Shown here one piece after another: positions 51,471 to 63,459 of a stretch of 64,000 nucleotides of DNA (position 1 is its first letter; the number at the start of each line of letters is the position of its first letter). Both the position numbers and the translations under genes were made by a program. Under the pieces are notes generated by a model. That model made no database searches and had not been told where the DNA came from. It was given only the letters and a program-made list of their open reading frames with translations. Source of the DNA: Iphione sp. A-MEVVRFRX5 (Eukaryota). The stretch is from assembly GCA_976226885.1 (NCBI GenBank), contig OZ320319.1, positions 30,132,001 through 30,196,000 on the forward strand. Direction: 5' to 3'.

Positions 51471-54400
51471 GATGTTTTTTGAGCAGGAGCTCAAGCAAAG
51501 GTGCCAAGCAAAGGACAAAGACACTCAGAAGCTGGCAAAGGAGATTGAGCGGATGGTGCGCCAAGCCTATACTGGGGCTTAGACTCAATGTGCTGAGATT
51601 TCCTTGTGGTAGACCTAAGGGACCAGTGAAGCTAGTGCTGGGTAGCGCGGGCAGGCAACTCAGGCCCACTCCTTTTAAGCCGCCATGTCTTCTCAAACTG
51701 TTTCTCAAACTGCTAGAGTCACCGTAGGCAGTGCAAGGAAGGAAGAGCAGGAACCAGGACAGTGAGGATGGCTGTTACTACTGTCATGAGCAGGGCCATT
51801 TCAAGAGGGACTGCCCTGAGAGAAAGACAGCAGAGGCCACCCCCACGCTGCTGGCCCAAGAAGCAACGGGGGTGGGAAATGAGAGGCCACCTGCACAGGC
51901 CCAGTCAGGTGGGCAGCAGTGACAAATAATCAATGGAGCCCGCCAGAACACCTGCAGGCCATGGCCGGGGCCATGCATAGCTCAGATACAGTGACCCAGT
52001 GGGGACACCAGACAGCTGCTCAACATAGAGATGGGTGTGCAGACATTTGACTGGCTGGTTGATAATGGACCCTCTGACTGTCTGCTGTCAAGTAGGTGTC
52101 TGATGCGCTGGCAAGAGTACCGCTCGATCCGGTGGACACCGGCATGTTCTCGGTGGATGGGGCTCCCCTTGCGAGGGTCTGTGGACTGCCTGGCCTGCTT
52201 TGGAACCCTCGTGGTTCCAGTCCGATCTAAGGTAGTAGAGATGGAAGTCCCAGCTATACTGGGTCTTGACTGGATGGATACATGGGAGGTGATTGTGGAT
52301 GTGAGTAACGCCCATGTGATGTTGGGTCACATGGCTGGTGGAGTGGGGTAACCGCTGACAGCAGTAGGTGACCACGCCATTCTAGGAGGCAAGATGGGGT
52401 GAGTCCAGGCAGAGTGGCATGAGAAGAAGGTCAGCATGGCAGGTATCCTGGCAGAGGCCAGCTGCATGGTTTGAGATCGGCACCACATCATCAGTGGAAC
52501 TGGAGGATGAGTGGCAGCAGGCAGTGCAGCAGCTAATGGGGCATCTACCGGAAGGGCTGTCCATGGCTGAAAAGGAGCAGATCAGAGTTATGCTGGAGGA
52601 GCACTGCACAGTGCTCCAGACCCAAAATGGGTCCCTGGGGTGCACATCAGTGGTTCAACACCAGATGAACACCCAGGGGCATCTGCCTATCCAGAAAAGG
52701 GCGTGCCATCTTCCGCCTCCCCTACTAGAAGGCAGACCTTGAAGAGGAGATGGAGTCAATGATCCAGCGTGGTGTGTTGGAACCTTCCACAAGCCCCTGG
52801 GCTTCGCCCCTGGTTCTGGTGAAAAAGAAGGATGAGGGCGTCTGGCTCTGTATTGACTACAGATGCCTTAATGTGGTGGCCCACTGCCCTGGATAGATGA
52901 CATGCTAGATGCCCTCCAGAGCAGCACGTACTTCTCCGTGATCGACCTGGCTAGTGGCTATTTGCAGGTAAGGATGAGCCCAGAAATGACGGAAAAGACG
53001 GCAGTTTATACATCTTCCACTCTGACCCAAAGTGGAATTTTGAAGTGGCTCTGTTTCCCAAGATCCTTCAGCTGCTTGGAATAGAGAAGTCTCGGACCAC
53101 TCCTTACCATCCCCAGAGTGATGGAGTGGTGGAGAGGTTTAAACACACACTCACAAAATTAATATGCTTGTGACATTGGCTGAGGAGTGGTAGGCGAATT
53201 GGGACCTGGCTCTACCCTACATGATGGCTGTTTATCGGGCTACACCCCACGATGCGACGGGGGTGTCACCCATTTGGATGATGTTTCACAGGGAGGTTGC
53301 CCTCATAGCCGAACTTTGCTATGGGTACACAGAGCCTGACATGGTGGAACATGGTCAGTATGCCCGCCAGATGAAGGAAGAAGTGAGGCCAGTACATCAA
53401 CGTGTGGCACAAAGGTTGAACAAGTGGCTGAGCACAGGAAGGACTGGTATAACCAGAAAGTGTGGCCTCAGGACTAACAGTCTGGCCAGTTGGTGTGACT
53501 GTTCCTTACCCCTTTGGGAAAAAGGACTTTCCCCTAAGCTGCAGAGCTGGTGGGAGGGGCCATAAAGTGTGAAAGAGAGGTTGTTGGTAGTGGTGTACCG
53601 GATTGGTAAAGTAGCACACAGGAAAGTTATTCATGCTGATTGGCTTAGGACACAGCCCACCACCATGACTACGGAACTGGTGGTGTACATGTCGAGGGAG
53701 TCCAGCCGCAAGACCAGGGTGGAATGCAACAGGTGCAATTCTCAGCCACAGCAGAGCCATGCCCGGGAGGTGCTACAGCAGCTAGTCCTTGAGGACCGTC
53801 ACAGCTTGCTTCTTGGCCACCATGGCAGCAGGCCCCCGAAACCGCAAACGGGGGTGAACTCCAGCATGGAGGGCATTGCCTGTCGAGGGAAGGCGGCATC
53901 GCTCTGGCAAGATTTGGTTAGAGCATCTGCCGAGGAGGGCGCCACCCACCACACGACCCGCTCACAAATATCCTGCTGTGTGTTGGCAGCAGGTATCATG
54001 CCTCTGGCACAGACAACAGTAAGAACAATTGCCACAGTGGCATCCAACAGCCTGCAGACACAGTGGAGTAAAGAGACACGCTGCTTCCTGACTTCCATCA
54101 GGAGTACTGAGATCACCGAGTGCCACCATAAAGCCTGTAATTCCTGCCCTCTGACTGCTGGCCTGCCCTGCGGCGCCTTGTCCACTGACTGCTCCAGTGG
54201 AAACTCCCAGCATCCGGTGCCACTGCACCTGCTGTCGACCATGGCAGCGCCTGACCTGCAGCAACCTAGACCCATAAGTAAAAGGGCACCGGCGCTGTTC
54301 ATCTGCAACAAGTGCCCTATAGGATTCCAGCAGAAGGGCAACTTGTGGCACTTCATCAACAAAGCATAGAAGACCGAGAGTTTTGTGTGGGTTTGCCCCA

Positions 54401-56377
54401 TAGCCAACTACATGTACAAGCAACGGGTCTTCAGGAGATATGCAGACTGGAAGAGGCGCTTACTCTGCATCCATGGCTCAGAACGACTCTCCCACTCCAT
54501 AGATGTGGAGTTTCTGAGATTCTCAGGCTTCAGCCTGACTTGAGGGACTGTTGTGGAATGCCCACTGATCATCAGGCTGACGTGGTAAAGTGCTGTCACC
54601 AAGAGCAGGCGGCAAGGAAGAAGGACCTTCTGTCATGGTTTTGGCAGGGTCAGCAGAAAGAGGAGGAGGAGGACTCTGGTGAGGCTCAAGTCCCTCCTCA
54701 CCGATGGTCCTGTCATAGGATTGGGACTTTAGAGAAGAAGCTGAGCACCCTCAGCAGCTTATCAGAAGAGCCAGCCGCCAGTTAAACTACACAGCCAGGT
54801 GCCGATCTCCCCCCCCACACACACACACATTGTAGGGAACACTTCAGGACAGTGGGCATCTGCACTGACTTGGAACCGTCCCTCAACCAGTAATCAGGCC
54901 TGTGTTGATGAACTAGCTGGTTCATCAGTGATGAGCTCACAGGCCCCTCCATCCTATTAACCTTGGAGATGAAGTGCTATATTAGCTTTTTCCTGTGGTC
55001 CATATTTATTAATTGTATAATGCCCTGGTCAAAGAGCTGTAGAACTGACAGGGCATTCAGTGGGAGGAATATATATTTTACATTAGTCATCGTGAGGCTC
55101 CGTAGATAACTTGGGGTATTGTCTAGTAGGTGAGTGGCTTGCCTGTCTTATCTTTGCATAGATGTATTGAATACATCCAACTGATATAGGGATCATACAT
55201 ACAATAAACCATAGTTGATACGACCTCTGTTCGCATCATGTTCATCTCCTTTGTGATCATAATATATGGTAAGCCAGAATGAATGGTGAAAAATTTGGTT
55301 CTGGAAAGGACGTGTTCGAAACCGAGTCATGTCTGCTTTATGACCTATTTTCTTTGTGGCGTTTGATTATGCATAGGTATTTAGGGGAAGGCGGGATGGA
55401 AATATGCAGTCTATGCGTTCTTGAAAGTATGTGTTTTTTATGAATATATGCTTGTCTTTGCATGTGTTTGGAGGGTAATTCAAAAACATTAGTATGATTT
55501 TCCCCAATTTGCACATACATAGTTTGAACAAAAATATACCGAATTCCGCTGACAAGAACTCAAGAGAAGTTATGATTAACACAACTAAATTTTCAAATGG
55601 TTACGTGCTACCTTACAGGATCATGCTCTATATGACCAGCAGTTAACACGCAGGCTTTTCACCACTAGAACGTAGTTTGGACACAAATCTATTATGAGAA
55701 ATTAGACCTAAAATAAAAAAATATTAAAAGATGTCAGTAAGCATAAATTCTCATTTTTGAAGCAATTGAAAGAGGTGACAGTTCTGGAGAACAGGGCACT
55801 TCATCTTTCCTTGGACCGGCAAAATCCAAGGAAGAAGAATGAAAGCCCTACATGCATGCATTTGTATACGATCAAAGTAAGAAACAGTTCCCTGCTTATA
55901 TTTCATATTTCGTCCACATCGCAGAAGATGTACATATATTTCATGCGAATTCCTTCATTAAGAAAGTTGAAGCTAACGGGGTGAAGAAAGTCGAACATAG
56001 CATGCTTGAATCTATGTTTGTACGAATATGCCTCTGTATCTATTTGGAGCAAATTTTCATATGCCTCTGATTTCAGTACATTTACACATGTTTTGAGTAA
56101 GCATGTATACATTGAATCCCTTTGACTTTACTGACTATATTCATACTTGGAACCAACTTGCATCAAATCATACTCATATCACCGAGATTCTTCAGGTTGA
56201 ACTATAAACTCTACTGGCATATTCCTTTCCCAAGCACTGGCCATCCATCTACTACTGCGTATATATTTCTTGTCGTTCCCCTTGTGCTTTGGACTCATAT
56301 GTGTATGAAAGAAATGTACACGATGTATAGTCCAAACACACAGCACACACAAACCGGGTCAAAGCCATTCACTTGAT

Positions 56378-56418
56378 TTCTCTCTCTCTCTCTTTCTCTC
56401 ACTCTCCCTCTCTCTCCC
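56378..56418. repeat. (CT)n microsatellite, imperfect
   Basis: Directly visible. Confidence 0.9.
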
Positions 56419-58820
56419 ACCCCTCTTCCTCCCATTCACTCCCTCATATACATAACAGTATACGTGTACATGTTTATAATTTAAATTGTTGTCTTCATAC
56501 TCTCCGTTAAAATGGATTGACCTGTATTGGTTTTATCTAGAAAGGAATTCACTTAATAAATGACAATATGAGTCAAGTTCGACCAGGTGCTGGTTTTTCA
56601 CGGAAATTTAACCGATCGATCCGGTTGACCTAGACGATGCCGCGCAATACTGCTCCCCTCAAACAAAGGTTTCTAATGCATAGCGAACACCTCTGTCAAG
56701 TGTCAATAAATCACTAAAAATAAAAAAAACAAATACATGTATAACCCTAGACCATATATTGAGCAGTGATCATCCTTGGGCAAGTTGGCAATAATCACCC
56801 AGCATCAAACATATCCAAAACCGTTTTAACCAGGAGGTCAATGTTCACTAGTTCCAGCATGCTTGTCTCATAAATCCTCTTGTCAGTCATCTCAGGCAGC
56901 TCATATCGAGGACAAATAGTCCCTATTGTCCTAAATGTGTATATCCTTTCCTTCTATGATTATATCATGATTAAATTCTCCAAACTGACACAATCATTTC
57001 ATTGCCTAAAGCCGAGGCGTATTTCCGAAAAGAGTCTTTAAATGCATGCACCTATTTCCAAAAACTGTATGTACTTCTTTTTATTCTAGAGATACATGTT
57101 TCGATAGCACATGCCCAATGCAAATCTCTATCAGCCGTGTTCCGTTTACAAACCATGTGTTTTGTTCTCTCAGTAATCAATCGCAAATCGTCTCTGATCA
57201 GTATTGCATTGCGGCCCATCCGTTTTCATACCGGATAACCCTTAATTATAACACGGAAACATTAAAAAAAGGGTATAACATTGCTCTTTCGTATTTTAAT
57301 AACATCATGCCATCTCCAATCTTATCTCCTGTCCTCTGTTTCTCTTTCTTTGTCTTGCCCAGTTGGGAAGGTCCTGCCCCGTCCTATGTGAAGACACGCC
57401 GTTGCCGGCGCGATATTGTCACCAGTAGCATCGAAACAGTGCACCCCTACCGGAGCAGTTCAGCCTTATCGTGTGCGCATGCAGGGTCCCCATAAAGCTT
57501 CCTTTGTCTCTTGTATGCTAGTCACACCTTTAATTATCAGGTGGGCGCTGGGGACAAATATCTCATGGTGTTCAAGCCGTCTTGGGGGCGCCAGTGATAG
57601 TCAGGGGGAGGCAGATGGAAGGGAGATAGTCCTGTGCGCTAGGAAAGAAAGGGGGAAATGTCTTTTAAGGCGGCTTCAATCTCCATCATCAGAGGATGGG
57701 CAGAAACAGAAAGGAAATCTCTACATTTTGACGGGTTAGCGTTGTGGAGCGGTCGATATTTCAGGTTGCATTATTCAGAAAGTTTGTCCCGTATTGTTCC
57801 GATTCTCCTCCCTTTCTGTTAGATTCAATTCAGTCTCACTGAAAAGGCCTTATTATGTCCATTCATGTCCCGTTAAAGATATTTATACATATCTCAGAAA
57901 TATTATTTCTTCATTGCCTTATTTCGCTATACTTGCTACCAGGTTCTACTGTATAGGGTCCAGTTGTCGTATTCACAAATAGAAGGACACATAAAGAAAA
58001 CCTGCTTTTTATTCATGAACTATTTTATGGTACATTGTACAGACAAAATACGTTTTATTCGTGTACTTGTGAAAATTTGATGTAGGATATGACAATATGC
58101 CTGCAGTCTAAATATACATTTGCATCAGCACTATTCCCTCAGTAAAAATATAGATTGGCGTCAGGTTACCATAAAGTTGATGTTAGTCTACCTCTAATTT
58201 CCATTTTTTCTCATGTATTTGGCGATTTATGCATAGCCGTATACTGAATAGCGTAGTATTTTCTGTCTACATATACGAGACTCAATTTTCCTAAACTAAG
58301 TATCAGTAAGAGCTAACACGCTTTTATTTGTACAGACCAACGAAATAGCGACATACTCTTCTAAAGAATGTAATCACATTAAGAAAATACCATGCATAAA
58401 ACCGTCGATGAATACACTAAAAAACAAAGGCTCTTGTCTATACTTTAAGCCCCTAACACCCGTGATTATGCTAATATTGTTGTTAATGTAACATAGCTGT
58501 CTACCGCAGAAATTATTTACGAAGCCGTCGCAAATCTGTTGAAGTAGTGTGGTAGGCAATAAATGACGATTTTTATCTCATCTGATATGCCCCATCACCA
58601 GTAACAGTTGTGCCTAATTCCTGATTGATCATGAAACTGGGGAGCGCAGTGTGACATGACAGTAGTCAATGGGTTGCCATGACTACGGACGATTCTCTGT
58701 TGTCCTTAGATCTATTTTTTACCACAGGAGGTCTCTCTCAGTTCATGTTAGGCGGCATTCTGGCCACGAATGTAACACGCACACACGCTTACACATACGT
58801 CTGTACATGTAGGTGTAGAT

Positions 58821-59056
58821 GCACATAGTTACACCGAGGAAAACGACATGGTACTTAAATACAACGTGTACCTATGAGAGACACCGTGCATGGTGTGCGT
58901 GCACATAGTCATAGCCAGGAAAAAGAAACAGTACATAAATACAACATACGTATATCCATGTGAGATAGCGTGCATGATTTTGCACTTGCACATATCTTCT
59001 TTATACATGTTCATGACCAAGATACATGGTACATGTATATAGGTAGATGCACTCCC
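58821..59056 (+). repeat. ~80-bp tandem units running into a dispersed repeat also present at 63380-63459
   Basis: GCACATA-led units at 58821, 58901 and 58988. TATCTTCTTTATACATGT.CATG.CC.AGATACATGGTACATGTATATAGGTAGATGCACTCCC is shared with 63380-63459. Confidence 0.85.
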
Positions 59057-60279
59057 CTTCCTATTAAAGATAGGGCAGTGGAAGAATCACCCCTAAAAGA
59101 AACAGATTAGGCCCAGTATAAACAGATGCCAGCTTAAAAACAAAGTAAATGACATTAAATGATATTAATTGGTCAATTACTCTGGGCCTACTCGTGGGAG
59201 CAACATACGGTAATTGTGAATTTACATAGCCAGGCTAGATCATCTGGTACTTGAAGCTAGCGTTGACAGCCGCGCAACTGTAGACTTATAGCATGACGGC
59301 AACCATTTAGGTAGCAAATTGATGGGCCTGTCATGCCCCTGTTCAGGTGTCCCATCGCCGAATCTGTTGGCCGGTACTTATACCCAGAATCTACAGAAGC
59401 AGGTGCGGGGCTAATAATCCCAAGGGCTGCCTCTTTTTGGATGACACTCATTGCTCCTTCAAAAATGCAAATGGTATAGTTGTATTGCCCTAAGCAAATA
59501 GACTAGAGCAGATAGCACTGTCAGTAGTTTAAACTCATTGTGAAACGATGATTGGGAATAAGGTCATCATTTAAGGGTCCAGTGGTAGATACATTGACCT
59601 ATATGTCAGAACTACGTTGAGGTACTAAAGTATAATATTCACCTGGACGAAGTACCAGTACCAGATGATCTAGCCTAGGACGAGAGGAATTATAGAAAGT
59701 AATGCCATTTGAACAGATTTGAATTGAAAAGGCACCACCGTCCATCTGGCCTTATGTAAAGATTTTTTCGGTTGAATAAGTTTCAACGTAAAACGTAATT
59801 AACTTTTATACATCACGGTCTACAAACAGAAAGAATATTTTGAAAACACGAAGACTATATACAATTTAAAATGGGACATGTAATTAGAATTCGCATAAAA
59901 AGGAGAATTCGTGCGAAAGCGTTATATGATGCCTAAAGCAACACAAAATGTATACAAGAAGTGGAAACCGTTGTTTTAGAGAGTAAAAAGAAATAGAGAG
60001 TAGATTCCTTCATTTGAAAAAAGACTGAAATAATCATGTTTGCTAAAAATGTTGGTATGCATCTTTCTGCTCAAGCTGTACACATTTACATGTAAAATAT
60101 ATTTTCCACGTTTGCACGTACAAGTACGTGTATCTTCATACCTGCTTGCAATTGCATGTAAAAAGACAAAAATGTCCAACCTCTCGTAACCTTGACAGCA
60201 TGCTGCTTTTCGGTCATATTGCAGAAGTATAACTTCTGATATCACTTAATTGCATGTTTGCATTGCAAATAATTATAAT

Positions 60280-60886
60280 TATGCCACGCGCAGTTGGGAC
60301 GTAACTCAGCCGAGCTCGGCTGTGGTTTATACCGGGGTATGCAAACATGTCAAGTAGTAGAATTGGCCAGGCCTACGTCATGTTTTTTATATACAAATAC
60401 TGACCGAATTTGAAACCGTCTTCAATTTGTGGGACGGTTCTTTTATATTGACAAAGAATGAAGGATTCCAAAAGCAATTTCTGCAAAGATGAATTGCCGC
60501 TGATTCTGCAAGGAACTCCAACGAACAGGCGCAGTGCAATTTGGGCTCTCCTGGGCGGAGTAAAGATTTCAAAAAGCTAGCGTGTAATGACCACGCACAT
60601 CGGCGGCCAAGCACAGGTGCGGCGGATAGGTCAGAAGTTGCAGTTACGGTAAAAGATAAGTTCACAGCTGAAATTATGACCCTTCAGCGGAGCGCACTCT
60701 ACCGGTCGCGCCGCGTCTCATTGTTTCCGAGTGCGTCTGGTGTCATGTCGTCATGCACACATGATGCTCCTGACATGGCATGACATGCTGTCGCCCCGCC
60801 GCGTCGGGACACCAAGTTTTTCCAGCTAGGCGGATTTTTGCACGATGAGTTTTAGCTTTGAAGGCAGTGGGCCGGCGGGTAGGTGA

Positions 60887-60929
<43 letters not shown>

Positions 60930-61800
60930 CGATGTTGTGGGGGTGCGGAGTGGATAGGAGGAATGGTCTGGCTTGTGGGCGGGCGGGCGGAAGGGCGGGG
61001 GGGGGGGGATGTCGGAAGCAGGAAGAGAAATGGGGCTTGAGTGAGTCCTTAGTTTTGTCACGTGACCACGCGCGACGATCGGAACGCCCTAATGTGCCAC
61101 CTGAAGTTGCACTTTCAAGACGTACCTGGCGCGACCCGCGTTATTTATATAGGCACCCCGACTTCTTTTGACATGCATCATGACAATAATTGGCCAGAAA
61201 TGATGTCGCCAAAAGGGTTAACAATTGCAAGTATCGTTTTGCGTTAGTCCATGATTTTATTTTTTTCCCGGTTTCATTTTTCTAAACGTCTCCAGGTAAG
61301 ACGCCGCTTACGTGACACATCAAACAGCCGAGTGGCCGTCGAAAAGGTTCGACTTGCATTTTTAGATTTCATCAGGTCGTTTTGCTGCCGAGTGTCTCCC
61401 TGTTTTTCTCCCTGGAGGCAGACGGTTTCATTCAGACGGTATTGGCGGTAATTGGCATGGGGGCTCACGGCCGCCGCACGGACATGGACGTTTTGTTGTC
61501 ATCCCTGTTCTAAGAACGGACGGCGGAGGACGACGCCCAAAAAGGCGAAATCTCAAGTGAAGTCGTGCGCAATCATCGCAATCAGATCCGTACATCGCGA
61601 TCGGCGCGTCACCTGGCGACGCGCGTAGTACTAACCGAGTAACAGGCGTCGTAGAACTGGGGCAGACGACATGTGAGTTTGTGAAGCCAAGGAAAGAAAT
61701 TAGACGCAAAAAGTGGATTAAACAATTAGCAATTCTAAAAAGGAAGAGTCGCAGACACGTGCACAGAGTCACCCGTGCTAACGTCGGGACAACGAGGAAC
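60280..61800. promoter_or_regulatory. Second CpG-rich island with promoter-type motifs
   Basis: Perfect E-box palindrome GTCACGTGAC (61057-61066), TATA-like TATTTATATA (~61142), 16-bp palindrome CAGCCGAGCTCGGCTG (60307-60322), plus-strand donors at 60883, 61296 and 61673. Confidence 0.6.
60887..60927. repeat. (GT)n microsatellite directly after a consensus donor
   Basis: TAG|GTGAGTGTAT(GT)n. Confidence 0.97.
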
Positions 61801-63379
61801 TTTTTCGTCAGGTTTTGAAAATTCTATTTATTTAGTTTTTTTTCTGGCAAGCTTTTCTCTCGTTTGGAGGCGATTAATCAGGCCAGGAAGCTCTAAGGAC
61901 ATTGATTACGTCACTATGGTAATGATGGCAATTTTTCTACCGGTAGAACAGTTGGGTTTCAAATAGCAAGCCATTATTTCTTTTAATTATTGTAAGACAG
62001 CCCTGCCGTCGTTGCCTGCTGACTACTTGATCAAAAATAGTATATGATCACATATAATTCAAGTTTCTCGTGTTTGTCACGTAGCATGAAGCTCTGGTCA
62101 TAATTACCAGCTGCGCCGAATATTAAGTCATTAACATCATAAATACTGGTGGGCATGTAGTCTGTTGGCATATGGTATCTGCTAGTCCCAATAACCAGCA
62201 CATGTAATTCTGTCAAATATTCATATTCTTCCTTACTTAAGGCAAGACTAATCCAAACAATGAGATTTCCTAATGCTCGGCATGAAAGAGGATAGTTTCA
62301 TTTGAAGCGATAACGGTATTTGGTCAACCAATAATTTACGTTACTGTAAGTTAGAATACGAAAATAAATTATTTGAACATACTTATACATGGAAATGTAA
62401 ATATCTACGTGTACATGTACTGATCTACATCGATAAAGAAGATGTAAAATCTCCATGGTTTGTGGCAGCATCATGAAATATGGCGAATAATTAAAAAAGA
62501 CATGACATCATGAAGTACTAATATAGTAGCAACTCAACAAGGAGGATTGCTCAGAACTGATGGTAAGTTCTGCCGATCCAATTGGTTTTTCACTAACGTA
62601 GCCATTTGACGTAGCAGGGCGACGCATAGTTTAGGGCAACATTGTCTGGTCCCGTCGATGGTCTTAATTCTCAGTTGCTACAGTATTGAAGTACACATTA
62701 CACCCCTGGGCATGGGAAGATTAGTGAATGTTTTCCCCTTCAACTATATTTGTGTGTTTACGATGGGAATATTGCAAGTTTTTTCTATAATAAGATTATT
62801 GAATCAACAGATCATAGATTGAGAGATTGTTTTCAATTAACAACTAGCATAATATTGTTAAGAGCTATATGGGTACACTTATACTTTTTGACAGTATGAG
62901 GCATAGCTTTCAATACATGTAGACATTTTTTTCATTGTGTAGTGGAAATAGGGCTTATCCTGCTAGAGGGCGATTCCAGAGTATCAGGTAGAGACAAGTT
63001 TGTAATGAGCATTAAAACACTGTGATGTGTACCAGAGCAGGTCATGTAACCACTCTGTTAAGTTGCTCCGGTATCTGCTCCATTATTGTTACCAGAGCAG
63101 CCAACCAGGAAGAAGGAAATTGTTGTTTCTCTAAATTGTCTTATGCAACTTTATTCAAGAATAATCCTGTCATGTAAATCTACCCAGTATATAAAGACAA
63201 TACCTTTTTTGAATAAGCAAACATTCTCTTACTGCACTATGAGAGATTTACACACGGCAGAGTTCTGCACATGGAGTGAACCAAATATTTCAGTGTGGAC
63301 TTTGGTAATTTCTTTAACCGTCACTATTCTAGACCAGGCTCATGTTAAAATTGTTTGATCCCTATATAGCCCCAATATA

Positions 63380-63459
63380 CACTTGCATACATGTATATCT
63401 TCTTTATACATGTGCATGGCCGAGATACATGGTACATGTATATAGGTAGATGCACTCCC
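63380..63459 (+). repeat. Second copy of the dispersed ~75-bp repeat
   Basis: Near-identical to 58983-59056, same orientation. Confidence 0.85.

Larger units (their letters stand above)
51017..54790 (+). mobile_element. Ty3/Gypsy LTR retrotransposon, decayed and internally deleted (gag-PR-partial RT-partial IN plus 3' ORF)
   Basis: LTR-like segment with TATATAA ending ...CTACA (51201) followed by a PBS. Gag FEQELKQRCQ..LAKEIERMVRQAY and zinc knuckle CYYCHEQGHFKRDC (~51770-51815). Protease WLVDNG..ILGLDW (52050-52280). RT PWASPLVLVKKKDEGVWLCIDYRCLN..YFSVIDLASGYLQV..EKTAV. Integrase IFHSD..LGIEKSRTTPYHPQSDGVVERF..YRATPHDATGVSP..LSPKLQSWWEGP. No matching 3' LTR found, so the right boundary is approximate. 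Confidence 0.95.

Noticed and set aside
59108-59190. TAGGCCCAG...CTGGGCCTA 9-bp inverted pair as a mini Harbinger MITE
   Set aside because: The flanking 3-mers differ (TTA versus TAC) and the TIR is too short.
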